DNA of 64,000 nucleotides from an uncultured Candidatus Saccharibacteria bacterium (GCA_964585475.1 CAZPDF010000002.1:1631-65630), one strand, 5' to 3'. Counted from the first letter of the stretch, positions 46,450 to 56,466 are shown. Program-made: numbers and translations. Notes: generated from the letters alone by a model not told the origin.

Positions 46450-47049
46450 ATGAGTGAAGAACGTAAATACCCTGAGGAGGTTTCTCTAAATAAGAAGGGT
46501 TGGGGCGCTGAACTTTGGGACATTATTAAGGTTCTGGCGATTTCCCTGGCAATAGTCCTTCCATTTCGCTACTATATTGCCCAACCCTTTATCGTGCGAG
46601 GCGCTTCTATGGAGCCGACGTTTGAGGACCGTGAATACCTGATCATTGACGAGGTAACATATTATTTCAATGCGCCGGAGAGGGGGGAAGTGATTGTTTT
46701 TCGCTATCCTCGCGATCCAAGGCAATTTTTTATCAAAAGAATCATCGGCCTTCCCGGAGAGAAGGTCGAGACAAAAGACGGGAGGGTTAAGCTTTACAAT
46801 GCGGCGTATCCGGATGGATTCACGCTGGAGGAGTTCTATCTTGTTCCGCCGGGAAAAGAAACGCAACCGAATTTAACTATTACCCTGGGCCAGGATGAAT
46901 ATTTCGTGCTGGGAGACAATCGCGGTTTTAGTTCTGATTCCCGTGTCTGGGGACCGCTGCACAAAAAATTAATAGTAGGAAGAGTCTTATTTCGCGCCTG
47001 GCCGCTTTCAAGGCTCGGGGCCGTCAAGGATTATAGTTTTTCTTTTTAG
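46450..47049 (+). CDS. lepB: Signal peptidase I
   Basis: GASMEPT, FIKRIIGLPGE, GDNR..SSDSR. Confidence 0.96.
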   Translation: MSEERKYPEEVSLNKKGWGAELWDIIKVLAISLAIVLPFRYYIAQPFIVRGASMEPTFEDREYLIIDEVTYYFNAPERGEVIVFRYPRDPRQFFIKRIIGLPGEKVETKDGRVKLYNAAYPDGFTLEEFYLVPPGKETQPNLTITLGQDEYFVLGDNRGFSSDSRVWGPLHKKLIVGRVLFRAWPLSRLGAVKDYSFSF

Positions 47050-47131
47050 TGTATGCGAATAGCGCTCGCTCCCCCGACATTACGTCGGGGTCGCGAAATG
47101 CGAATGCGCACATGCGAATAGTATAACCGTC

Positions 47132-48574
47132 ATGCCTAAAATCAAGTCTTCGCCAAATGAATATCTGGCTGAATTCGATCGCATGCCGCAGGAAGAGAGG
47201 CAGATAGGACGCATACGTAAATCCTTGGAAGCGCTCGCCGAATTTTACGGTTTCGAAAAAATTTCTACATCCATCGTAGAAAATTATCGCGTGTTCCTGC
47301 CACTCTTGCGAGCCGGAGTTCTTGGCGAAAACTTGCCGGTGTTTGGCAAGACCAAGGTAGGAGCAGAAATTTTCCTGCGGCCGGCCGGAGTACTCGGGGT
47401 TTTGCGCTCCTACATGTCGCAGAAGATGAATGACCTGCCTCACCCTTTGCGTTTTTCTTTTGAGGGGGAGCGTTACTCTCTTGCCTCCCACGGACACGGT
47501 TCCAAAATATATAGCCGCCCCGAGTGGGGGATTATGATGATTGGAGAAGAAGGGCCGATTGCCGAAGCGGAGATCATACAGGTAATCTGGAAGGCGATTC
47601 ACGAATCGGGACTCGATTTGGGCGAATTAGCGCTTCGCGTAAACGCAACCGGCTGTTCGGTCTGCCGCTCGTCTTTTCGCTCTTCTCTCAATTCTTATTT
47701 CCGCACTCGTTCCGGGCGCATGTGCAAAAATTGCAGGAGACTGTCCAAACGTAATCCTACAAAAATTCTTCTTTGCGAAGAAGAGAAATGCAAGGTACTT
47801 TTCAGCCACGCCCCGCAGGTCCTTGACTTTTTATGCGAAGCGTGCAAGAAACATTTGAGGGGATTTCTGGAGTTTCTGGACGAGGTGGGCATTGCGTATT
47901 TTCTTGACCCCAAGCTTTTTAAAGACGGCTCCTGGTTTAACACCCTTATTTTTGAAGCGGTAGTGAGGCCGAAAGCGGCGGCTCCAGTGGAGGGTGAAGT
48001 GATAGCGAGTACCCCACAATTTATCCCCCCACCTTCTCGAATACCTCACGGTCTTGCTGCCGGGACGGAGGGTAATTTACAATCCTTCCCGCGGGGTGCT
48101 GAACCCCATGAGAAGGCGGGGGGATTTATTTTGGCCGAGGGCGGCCGGGTTAGTCATGCCGCCGAAATTATGGTCGGGAGGCGTCTGGATGTAGCGAGCG
48201 CCTCTTTCTTTTTCGATACATGGGTCTTGATGCTTGCGAGTGCCAGGAATCTTGTAGGGAAAGAGGAGGAGAGGCCTAAAGTGTTTCTTACTCAACTCGG
48301 GGAACTGGCTAAACGTAAAAGTTTGGTGCTTCTTGAGACGCTGCGAAAGGGTGGCGTTGGGGTACGGGAATCTCTTGGCCGTGATTCAATCAAATCACAG
48401 TTAACAGTTGCCGGACGCGTAGGGGCCGAAATTGCTCTGATTCTTGGCCAGAAAGAGGCGCTGGACAATACCATTATTGTCCGTGAGGTAAGCTCGGGGA
48501 TTCAGGAGACGATACCACAAGACAAATTGATAGAGTTTTTAAAGAAGAAACTAAAGGCTTCGCCCAAAAATTGA
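47132..48574 (+). CDS. Histidyl-tRNA synthetase-like protein with degenerate catalytic motifs
   Basis: YGFEKI, LRP, Cys-rich insertion, C-terminal anticodon-binding domain; motif 2/3 and RGLDYY altered. Confidence 0.8.
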   Translation: MPKIKSSPNEYLAEFDRMPQEERQIGRIRKSLEALAEFYGFEKISTSIVENYRVFLPLLRAGVLGENLPVFGKTKVGAEIFLRPAGVLGVLRSYMSQKMNDLPHPLRFSFEGERYSLASHGHGSKIYSRPEWGIMMIGEEGPIAEAEIIQVIWKAIHESGLDLGELALRVNATGCSVCRSSFRSSLNSYFRTRSGRMCKNCRRLSKRNPTKILLCEEEKCKVLFSHAPQVLDFLCEACKKHLRGFLEFLDEVGIAYFLDPKLFKDGSWFNTLIFEAVVRPKAAAPVEGEVIASTPQFIPPPSRIPHGLAAGTEGNLQSFPRGAEPHEKAGGFILAEGGRVSHAAEIMVGRRLDVASASFFFDTWVLMLASARNLVGKEEERPKVFLTQLGELAKRKSLVLLETLRKGGVGVRESLGRDSIKSQLTVAGRVGAEIALILGQKEALDNTIIVREVSSGIQETIPQDKLIEFLKKKLKASPKN

Positions 48575-48610
48575 AGCGTTAGCGCACAATTTTTGGCTGC
48601 GAAACTTTAG

Positions 48611-48712
48611 CCCAGCACTTATTCTACTGTAAAGACCAAATGATAATACAAAAAGTTTGCAGCATTAAACTTCTAATCTTTACGCCATCTTTGTAGTAGA
48701 ATAAGTGCTGGG
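48611..48712. mobile_element. CCCAGCAC variant MITE at the 3' end of the hisS-like gene
   Basis: CCCAGCACTTATTCTACT / AGTAGAATAAGTGCTGGG. Confidence 0.75.
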
Positions 48713-48829
48713 CTAAAGTAATTTATATACTAATCCACGAATTACCACACGAATCCACAAATGACTCGACAGACTCACTGTAGATAATTAGTGGATTAGT
48801 GCGCACATTAGTGGATTGGTGTACAGTGC

Positions 48830-49246
48830 ATGGACTGCCTTTTCTGCAAAATCGCCGCAGGCGAAATTGGCTCCGAGGTTATATATGAGGACACGGAGGT
48901 AAAGGTTTTCAAAGACCTTCACCCCAAAGCCCCGGTGCATCTGCTCGTTATTCCTAAAACTCACATTCAGTCCATTGCGCATCTGGACCCCGCACCTTTT
49001 GTGGACTGCGCTTCGCGCGGGGACTCACACTTAGTCCACAAAAGGTGCGGGGTGGAAGCCGACCAACAGTGTTATATAATCGCCAAACTGATTTATGCCG
49101 CCAAGAACGCTGCCGCGGATCAGGGATTGAAAGGATATAAATTAGTGTTTAATGTGGGGCGGGAAGGAGGGCAGGTGATAGATCATCTGCATCTGCATTT
49201 GCTTGGTGGATGGGGAAGCGAGGGTGAGAGGAGTATAAATGTTTAG
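48830..49246 (+). CDS. hinT: HIT-family nucleotide-binding protein with in-frame MITE
   Basis: DCLFCKI, PKAPVHLLVIPK, HLHLHLLGG. Confidence 0.93.
   Translation: MDCLFCKIAAGEIGSEVIYEDTEVKVFKDLHPKAPVHLLVIPKTHIQSIAHLDPAPFVDCASRGDSHLVHKRCGVEADQQCYIIAKLIYAAKNAAADQGLKGYKLVFNVGREGGQVIDHLHLHLLGGWGSEGERSINV
48988..49052. mobile_element. 65-bp MITE inside hinT, TSD TGGA
   Basis: TGGA-CCCCGCACCTTTTGTGGACT..AGTCCACAAAAGGTGCGGGG-TGGA; 69 bp = 23 codons. Confidence 0.92.
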
Positions 49247-49318
49247 ATCTTTACGAAATAAGAATCCGTACGAATGTACGAATTCGTAAATTCGTAAAAA
49301 TTCGTATTTCGTAAATGT

Positions 49319-49546
49319 ATGGTCGAGGTAAAAAGACGACAAAATGAAACCACCGGGGCCATGCTCCGGAGATTTACCCGAAGAGTCCAACAATCGGGCA
49401 TTTTGATTCAGGCGCGAAAAATCAAGTTTTATAAGCATAAACCGACGAGACGTGCCATGCGCGAGAGGGCTTTGCGGAGAGGGCAGAAGATGAAAGAAAT
49501 TGAGAGGTTGAAGAAATTGGGGAAATACAAGGAGGATGAGAGATGA
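49319..49546 (+). CDS. rpsU: 30S ribosomal protein S21
   Basis: VEVKRRQNE...LRRFTRRVQQSGIL; hinT-rpsU-yqeY synteny. Confidence 0.85.
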   Translation: MVEVKRRQNETTGAMLRRFTRRVQQSGILIQARKIKFYKHKPTRRAMRERALRRGQKMKEIERLKKLGKYKEDER

Positions 49547-49553
49547 GAAAGGC

Positions 49554-49697
49554 GCGGTTTCCTCGGCAATTCTTTTTGAAAACACGCACGGCTGCCCCAG
49601 CGGGCAGCCGTGCTCAGTGATCTGCCGGCGACTCGCCTTCGGCGAGACCGTGCTCGCCGGCCTCTCAATGGTTTTCTAAAAGAACTGCCTCGACCGC
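49554..49697 (+). repeat. ~145-nt structured repeat, copy 2
   Basis: Same architecture as 15987-16126. Confidence 0.75.
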
Positions 49698-49811
49698 TTG
49701 GACCCATCTTAAAAGAAAAAAGTGAAAAGGAAATGAAAAAACCGAGGAGCAATCCTCGGATTTGACTTTTCACAACCTTCCGCTTATATTGGTGCTAGAT
49801 CATATAAAAGA

Positions 49812-50585
49812 GTGGATGGAATGTCCGAGATTAAGGTTGCTACCCTTCCGAACGAAGTAGCACATGCACTACAAAACGCTGTCGAGCGTGTCGGCGGAAT
49901 CAACCACCTTAGGAGCGAATCGGCAGACGCAATCCGTACTCCCCGGGTAATTGTGTTTAATTCCGTTCTTTTTCGTGCACTCTTGGCAGAATATGTTAAT
50001 AAAGGCCAGACATTCAGCGATATCAGACGTAAAGATCCGCGTTTATTCCACACGCTTCTTGGTATGTATGTTGGCGATGTCAAGACCAAAGATCGCCTTT
50101 ACACCATGCAATTGGTTGATGGGGAAAGCGGACCGATTGATGGGGCGGTGTTTGAAGCGTGGGTCTTGACACCAGAGATTTCAGCCAGACATTTTCATCA
50201 AAAGCATGAAGCGCTAGCCAGGCTCTTGCGAAGATACGGCAAAGTGAAAAGCTACAAAATTGAGGGCTATGACCATATTGAGGCGCCGCTTAATCGTTAC
50301 GCCGGGGACCACCCCAACCATTTTCGAAGAACCAAGTATCTTTCTTCTGTCTGGCTTAACTCCGACTTACAGCTAGGACAAAGGAGGGGCGGAACTTTTC
50401 GGTTTTTCGATTCCTTCTTAATCGGCAATGGCCATGCGGGTAAAACGAGCGAGAAAAGCGCAAAGATTCCTAAGAAGTTTTGTGATTATTCCGGCCCATT
50501 CCTCCGCATCATCATGCGTTGTAGAAAAGACCGCGCACCGGAGTTTATCAAAGTTGTCACAAAATGTGTAGAGGTGCTCATATAG
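49812..50585 (+). CDS. Hypothetical protein
   Basis: 257-aa ORF after a hairpin and TTGACT promoter. Confidence 0.6.
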   Translation: MDGMSEIKVATLPNEVAHALQNAVERVGGINHLRSESADAIRTPRVIVFNSVLFRALLAEYVNKGQTFSDIRRKDPRLFHTLLGMYVGDVKTKDRLYTMQLVDGESGPIDGAVFEAWVLTPEISARHFHQKHEALARLLRRYGKVKSYKIEGYDHIEAPLNRYAGDHPNHFRRTKYLSSVWLNSDLQLGQRRGGTFRFFDSFLIGNGHAGKTSEKSAKIPKKFCDYSGPFLRIIMRCRKDRAPEFIKVVTKCVEVLI

Positions 50586-50703
50586 GGAAAGACCCAAATG
50601 CTGTGCTATTATATAGTGCGGCATTTTAATTTGGGCACCGAAGATTCGTTTCCAGGAGCGGCTCCTCGGTTGACTTTATTGTTTTTGGGATTAGGATAGC
50701 AAT

Positions 50704-50979
50704 ATGCCCACTATTACTACTCCACGGCATGTGAAAACAAGCGAAGATTTGGTTGCTATTCCACGGAAAGAATATGAGGAGTTTTTGCGCACGCAAAAAC
50801 GCAATGGGAGAGAGGGAAGAGTGAAGCATACGATGAGGGCGCCAAAGAAACCTGAGAGATTTTATAATGGGCTCGATCGGGAGCTTACCGAAGCGCTGCG
50901 AGACATAGAAGCCGGCAAAACCTACGGGCCGTTCAACACCGCAGAAGAGGCGATACGCTTTCTTCGCCGAAAGAGATGA
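50704..50979 (+). CDS. Putative type II antitoxin
   Basis: DLVAIPRKEYEEF...EALRDIEAGKTYGPF...EAIRFL. Confidence 0.75.
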   Translation: MPTITTPRHVKTSEDLVAIPRKEYEEFLRTQKRNGREGRVKHTMRAPKKPERFYNGLDRELTEALRDIEAGKTYGPFNTAEEAIRFLRRKR

Positions 50980-51064
50980 TGCTAGAATTTACAAAGAAGT
51001 TTGACGATACGTACCGTTCATTTCCGAAAGAGGTTTTTGAATATAAAAAAACACAAGGATTGAT
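50976..51064 (+). pseudogene. Truncated RelE-superfamily toxin (N-terminus only)
   Basis: MMLEFTKKFDDTYRSFPKE overlaps the antitoxin stop, then loses similarity. Confidence 0.55.
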
Positions 51065-51101
51065 TTAATAAAACCACCGAGGAGCGATCCTCGGTGTTGT
51101 G

Positions 51102-51602
51102 TTATATTCTGCGGAAGACTGTAGAAGGCCGCATGGTGAGATAGAACTCTTTGGCCCTCCGGCCTTTCAGGTTTTTGGCGCCATATTTATGAAATGCTTC
51201 CGCTGTGGGTAAGGCTCTCCAGCGTAAGAATGTTTTGAGGCGTGAATCTTTTTTGGGGTCGCGGAGGAACGCGATGAGATCGTTGTATGACCACTCGGCA
51301 AAGATCTCCAGACGCGCAAATGCTCTGTAGAACTTCTTCAGCGGGGATTTAAGTTCCGGCGGATCAACCTCGGAAAGATAAAGGTTTTTGTAGCCCTGTG
51401 ATATGCGAGGATCTTTTAGAACCCGTTTTGCTGTAGCAAGCCATTTTCCGACTTCAGCAGAGTAGGGCGTTCCGTGCTTTTTAGCTTGAGCCATGAGTTT
51501 TCCTTCAAACTCACCGACTGTCATTCTAACCCGAGCGGTTTTCATCTCGTTCCACGCTGATTCAATATCGGCAAGAGCTTTCTGGATGGTAGTCATCCCC
51601 AT
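51102..51602 (-). CDS. Hypothetical protein
   Basis: 166-aa ORF with upstream AAGGAG. Confidence 0.6.
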   Translation of the reverse strand: MGMTTIQKALADIESAWNEMKTARVRMTVGEFEGKLMAQAKKHGTPYSAEVGKWLATAKRVLKDPRISQGYKNLYLSEVDPPELKSPLKKFYRAFARLEIFAEWSYNDLIAFLRDPKKDSRLKTFLRWRALPTAEAFHKYGAKNLKGRRAKEFYLTMRPSTVFRRI

Positions 51603-51691
51603 TTTTCCCGTTGAGATCTCTCCTTAATTGTAGGTAGATATAATTGATTGTCAAGGTTGACTTTAACAACAGGAGTTGTTACGAAGAAGAT

Positions 51692-52174
51692 ATGAAATTA
51701 AAAATTCAGCAGGATATAAAAGACGCAATGCGCGCGAAAGACGAGCTTCGTCTTTCGGTTTTGCGGATGCTGTCTGCGGCCATGCATAATAAAGAGCTTG
51801 AAAAACGCGCCAAGACCGGCAAACCGGAGGAACTTAGTGAAGAGGAGACGGTTGCGGTTCTGCGATCGGAAGTTAAGAAACGGCGCGATTCTATAACCGA
51901 ATTTGAAAAAGGCAGGCGCAAGGATCTGGCCGATAAGGAGTCGGCAGAGTTGAAAATTTTGGAAGTTTATATGCCGCAGGAGATGTCGGATGAAGAAATT
52001 GAGAAAATTGTGAAAGAAGTTATAGCAGGAGCTGGCGAGGTGACCGAAAAACCCTTCGACAAAGCTCGGGGCAGGGATTTTGGCCGCCTGATGGGCGAAG
52101 TGATGAAGCATGTGAAAGGACAAGCATCAGGAGATCGGGTGAGCGGCATGGTGAAAAAAGCGCTAGGGTCATGA
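51692..52174 (+). CDS. yqeY: GatB/YqeY domain protein
   Basis: DIKDAMRAKD, KKRRDSI..F, DLADKE..E..L..YMP, DFGRLMG. Confidence 0.92.
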   Translation: MKLKIQQDIKDAMRAKDELRLSVLRMLSAAMHNKELEKRAKTGKPEELSEEETVAVLRSEVKKRRDSITEFEKGRRKDLADKESAELKILEVYMPQEMSDEEIEKIVKEVIAGAGEVTEKPFDKARGRDFGRLMGEVMKHVKGQASGDRVSGMVKKALGS

Positions 52175-52590
52175 AGACCGATCTTGTTAAAAAAGTGTGG
52201 CCGTTACTGCCGCGAATTTTATTACGGCAACTCCCGAGAAAAATTGAGATAGTTTCGGTGGCCGAGAAAAGATCTCGACTCCTTAACTTGATTTATCGCC
52301 GAAAGAATAAACCCGCCAACGTTTTATCTTTCCTCTATGGCCTGGACGTGTCCCGTCGAAGCCGACAGGCGAAGGCGGATTACGGAGAGATCTTGATATG
52401 CCCCGTACTCATCCGCCGCGAAGCCAAAAAACAAGGAAATACCTATAAATATCAGATGACTTGGATGGTGCTGCATGGTATGATACACTTGGCGGGATTG
52501 CATCATGAGGAATCCCGAAGGTTGGCAGAACGGGTAGAGAAATTGGAGCATAGCATACTGCGTAAATTATCCAGTCAAGCGAAACTCTAA
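52171..52590 (+). CDS. ybeY: rRNA maturation RNase YbeY
   Basis: LN..YR.KNKPANVLSF, GEILIC, HGMIHLAGLHH. Confidence 0.9.
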   Translation: MKTDLVKKVWPLLPRILLRQLPRKIEIVSVAEKRSRLLNLIYRRKNKPANVLSFLYGLDVSRRSRQAKADYGEILICPVLIRREAKKQGNTYKYQMTWMVLHGMIHLAGLHHEESRRLAERVEKLEHSILRKLSSQAKL

Positions 52591-52707
52591 GTTCAAAACT
52601 CTAAACTCTAATCAAGTTCAAAGTTCCAAGATCAAAATTCAAATACGGATATTTTGGGTTTTGAGTTTAAAGTTTTCTTAGAGTTTAGAATTTGGAGTTT
52701 AGAGTTT
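52582..52707. repeat. Inverted heptamer tandem-repeat block
   Basis: (AACTCTA/AAGTTCA)n ... (TAGAGTT/TTGAGTT)n. Confidence 0.8.
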
Positions 52708-52714
52708 TATTACT

Positions 52715-53956
52715 GTGTCTCGTAACATCATCACCGCATTAGACGTTGGCACCTCGACGGTTCAAACCGTGGTTGCCGAGAAAAGAAGAGGAGAACAAAA
52801 TCTCCGAGTATTGGGTATGGGAATTGCGCCTTCTGCGGGCGTCAGGCGCGGAATAATTGTGGATTTGGATGATGCGACCTCCTCTATCCGTAAGTCCGTT
52901 GAGGAGGCGCGCCGCTCCTCGGGCGCTACCACAAAATCCGTGTGGCTGGCGGTAGGAGGTGCGCATGTTGCGGTATCAAGTTCTCGCGGAGTGGTTGCGG
53001 TATCGCGTGCCGATGGCGAAATTTCTCCGGAAGACGCGCGCCGCGCCATTGCCGCGGCCGAGACCTTTGTTCCCAAAAATCCGAATAAAGAAATTCTGCA
53101 TATAATCCCCCGTGATTTCAAGGTGGATAATGAGGCCAACATTAAAAACCCGGTGGGAATGCACGGGATAAGATTAGAAGTTGACGCGCTGATTATTGAA
53201 TGCTCAAGCCCGCTCTTAAAAAATCTTTTAAAATGTGTCGGAGGCGCCGGGCTTACGGTTGAGGACTACGTTTTTGCTCCCTTTGCCGCAAGCGCATCAG
53301 TTCTTTCCAAGCGTCAGAAGGAGCTCGGGGTTATGCTTTTGGATGTTGGCGGCGGCACGGCAAGCTTTGTAATCTATGAGGAAGGAGTGCCGATACATGC
53401 CGGAGTAATTCCTATAGGCGGAAATCACATTACGAATGACGTAGCGATCGGTTTCCGGACGCATGTTGATGCGGCCGAGCGCATAAAAGTTGCCTACGGC
53501 TCGTGCCTTGCCGCGGAGCTCTCCAAACGCGAAGCCATCCGTCTTGCCGAATTTGTCGAAGGAGAAGGGGGCGTATATTCGCGTAGGGAACTTGCCGAAA
53601 TTATTGAGGCGCGGCTCGGTGACATTTTTGAACTTTTGCACAAGGAGTTAAAAAAAATCGGCCGCGTCCAGCTTCTGCCGGCCGGCGTGGTTTTGGTGGG
53701 CGGGTCTGCACTTCTACCCGGCCTAGTGGATCTTACGAAGCGAGAGATGAAATTACCGGTTGAACTTGGCAGGCCGCAGGAATTTCTTAGTGTAGTGGAC
53801 GAAGGGATAGCGCCTACGTTCGCCGCGGTTTTCGGGGTTCTTGAGTGGGCCAGATTAAGACGGGAGGAAGAAGGCGGTTGGCTCGCGCGGGGGCATAAAT
53901 CCATGGGTTTTAGCGAAAGCCCGTGGCTTAAGTGGTTGAGGTCCCTTCTTCCTTAA
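52715..53956 (+). CDS. ftsA: Cell division protein FtsA
   Basis: ALDVGTS, GVRRG, P.GM.G.RLEV, DVGGGT, GGNHITND, AERIK. Confidence 0.96.
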   Translation: MSRNIITALDVGTSTVQTVVAEKRRGEQNLRVLGMGIAPSAGVRRGIIVDLDDATSSIRKSVEEARRSSGATTKSVWLAVGGAHVAVSSSRGVVAVSRADGEISPEDARRAIAAAETFVPKNPNKEILHIIPRDFKVDNEANIKNPVGMHGIRLEVDALIIECSSPLLKNLLKCVGGAGLTVEDYVFAPFAASASVLSKRQKELGVMLLDVGGGTASFVIYEEGVPIHAGVIPIGGNHITNDVAIGFRTHVDAAERIKVAYGSCLAAELSKREAIRLAEFVEGEGGVYSRRELAEIIEARLGDIFELLHKELKKIGRVQLLPAGVVLVGGSALLPGLVDLTKREMKLPVELGRPQEFLSVVDEGIAPTFAAVFGVLEWARLRREEEGGWLARGHKSMGFSESPWLKWLRSLLP

Positions 53957-54171
53957 AAGCACCCACACGTAAAAGTTGTGGGTTTTTTGTTGATAAGAGG
54001 TGCACTATTTGTTTATATGCCATTTGTGCAAAATGGGGTTACTATGTTACGAATGGAGCGGAAGATGTTTTGTAGAGTAATCGCTAATCAGACCCGAATT
54101 CTATTCGCGAATGCCCGTAGTGAGCTTGTCGAACTATTCGCGAACTTGATTCGTGATTGATTTGAGAGCGT

Positions 54172-55272
54172 GTGCCCCAGTTAAAACCAGACATCGAAAC
54201 ATACGCGAGGATCAAGGTGGTGGGAGTAGGCGGAGGAGGAGGAAAGGCAGTGACGAGAATGATTGACCATAAAATAAATGGGGTTGATTTTATTACCATA
54301 AATACTGACGCGCAGGATCTGCATTTTACGAAAGCAAAGACCAAAATCCATATCGGGAAGAATCTCACCAAGGGTCTTGGCGCGGGAATGAATCCGGAAG
54401 TGGGGAGGCAGGCGGCGGAGGAAAATAGAGACGAGATACACGAAATTCTAAAAGGAGCGGATATGGTTTTTCTTACCTGCGGTCTGGGAGGAGGGACAGG
54501 GTCCGGCGCATCCCCCATCATTGCGGAGGTGGCGCGGGATGCGGGGTCGCTGGTAATCGGCGTTGTAACGAAGCCGTTTGGTTTTGAAGGAGCCAAGCGC
54601 GCGGAGGTTGCGGAAGAGGCATGGCACCACTTGAAGGAGCGGGTGGATGCTTTAATTACCATTCCTAACGACCGGCTTCTGAACGTAATCAATAAAGACA
54701 CTTCGTTAGTAAACGCCTTTATCATATGTGATGACGTTTTGCGACAAGCCGTTCAGGGGATTTCGGATCTCATTATCAGCCCGGGCATAATTAATGTGGA
54801 TTTTGCCGATGTGCGGGCGGTTATGAAAGAGGCCGGATCGGCCTTGATGGGCGTGGGGCATGCGACCGGAGAGGATAGGGCGGTGGTAGCAGCCAAATCT
54901 GCGGTAAATTCTCCGTTGCTTGATGTATCAATTGACGGCGCGCGTGGGGTTCTCTTCAATGTTTCCGGCGGCCCGGATCTTACCATGTGGGAAATCAACG
55001 AGGCGGCTAAAGTAATTACCGAATCCATTGACCGCGAAGCCAAAGTGATTTTTGGCGCGGTGCATGACGAGCGCCTGAAAAAAGGAGAAATAAAAATTAC
55101 CGTGATTGCCACCGGATTTAACTCTTCGCCCACGCTTAAACTGCCGCTTCATCGCGGGGATGGGCATGAACAAAAGAAACCGCCCCCGGTTGGAAATAAA
55201 AAACAGAGTAATGTCGAGGAGGAAGAAAGCGAATGGGACGCGGTGCCGGCGTTTTTGCGGCGGAAAAAATAG
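54172..55272 (+). CDS. ftsZ: Cell division protein FtsZ
   Basis: GVGGGG, NTDAQ, GGGTGSG, INVDFAD, C-terminal VPAFLR. Confidence 0.98.
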   Translation: MPQLKPDIETYARIKVVGVGGGGGKAVTRMIDHKINGVDFITINTDAQDLHFTKAKTKIHIGKNLTKGLGAGMNPEVGRQAAEENRDEIHEILKGADMVFLTCGLGGGTGSGASPIIAEVARDAGSLVIGVVTKPFGFEGAKRAEVAEEAWHHLKERVDALITIPNDRLLNVINKDTSLVNAFIICDDVLRQAVQGISDLIISPGIINVDFADVRAVMKEAGSALMGVGHATGEDRAVVAAKSAVNSPLLDVSIDGARGVLFNVSGGPDLTMWEINEAAKVITESIDREAKVIFGAVHDERLKKGEIKITVIATGFNSSPTLKLPLHRGDGHEQKKPPPVGNKKQSNVEEEESEWDAVPAFLRRKK

Positions 55273-55415
55273 CTCGAAGATTCGGTTTCCTCGGCCGAAT
55301 CTTAACTCGCAGCGGCATGGCGCCGCATTTTATTTTGGTTAAATTAAAAAACTCAACGGATGTCCGTTGAGTTTTTGGTTTTTGAGGGATTCGACAATTT
55401 TCTTTTAGCTACCAC

Positions 55416-56252
55416 TTAGTTATCAATATCTACCGCACGCTCTTTGCGTAATGTTCGGAATTGTTCTAGCAGGTCTGGATTGTTATTTTGCAAGAACTCC
55501 CAGGCATGCAAGTTTAAGTCAAGCTCATATGTATATTTGTATTCCGTATGAGTCCTTTTGTATTCCAGGAGCCTTGAAGCCATTTCTAGCCGTTCGGACA
55601 CAGTAGGATTTTCTGAAGTATAGGCCGCTTCAGCATCGATCATGACGTGCATCGCCCAGGGTGTATACATTTGTAAGCGTCTGTTCCCCGGATATTTTGC
55701 ATAGATGTTTAACAAGAAATCAATGACAGTAATTCCATATCTTTTGCCATAGTACCTGCCCAGTAGCGCAAAATCGGAAAGCGATCTTGATAGTTGATTT
55801 CTGTCGCTATCGTCATCTTTATTCCAATCAATAGCTTTTATTACTTCCAGCATCTGCCTAAAGAGCGGATCCGTCTGTTCAAAATTAAACTCTTGACGAG
55901 TATCTTGAATATCCGCAAGGCGCCGCGAAATAGTCTTAAAAGATGTTTCAAGAAAGTCCTGTGCGGTCATTCCATATTTTTCGAGTAATGCCGGTGTGAT
56001 ATCCGCATTTCCTTTGCAGCTTAGCTCGTCACCGCCTTTTATGTTATTTTCGTCGCGTTTTTCTCCTTTGGCGCTAATCCGAATAGTATACTCGTCAATC
56101 CTTTCTATACGAGTGCTATTTTCGAAGTTTTTTAACTCGCCGACCTTCAGCATCTCCCAATATTGATCTCGTTTCGGGTTTTGCGCGAAACTTGATTGTG
56201 AAAGAACCAAGACACCCAATGCAACAAATAGGGAAGTAGTTACTCTTTTCAT
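55416..56252 (-). CDS. Secreted hypothetical protein (one YGK.YG domain)
   Basis: Signal ...VLSQSSFA; paralog of the next gene. Confidence 0.7.
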   Translation of the reverse strand: MKRVTTSLFVALGVLVLSQSSFAQNPKRDQYWEMLKVGELKNFENSTRIERIDEYTIRISAKGEKRDENNIKGGDELSCKGNADITPALLEKYGMTAQDFLETSFKTISRRLADIQDTRQEFNFEQTDPLFRQMLEVIKAIDWNKDDDSDRNQLSRSLSDFALLGRYYGKRYGITVIDFLLNIYAKYPGNRRLQMYTPWAMHVMIDAEAAYTSENPTVSERLEMASRLLEYKRTHTEYKYTYELDLNLHAWEFLQNNNPDLLEQFRTLRKERAVDIDN

Positions 56253-56466
56253 CCGTCGCACCCGCGTTCTTTTGTGTGAATATGTAGCACAGCTCCGTAT
56301 TTCTGTCAAAGTAGCCAGACGAGCCGTTGAGTATAAGTTAATTCCACATACGAAAAGTAGGGAAGTGTTTCTACTAAACTATTGTCGCCGATCGGCGGTG
56401 GTAGTTTAGTAGCTGACGTATCACCGGTTTTAAAAATCCCAACGGAGGTCCGTTGGGCGCTTTTTT

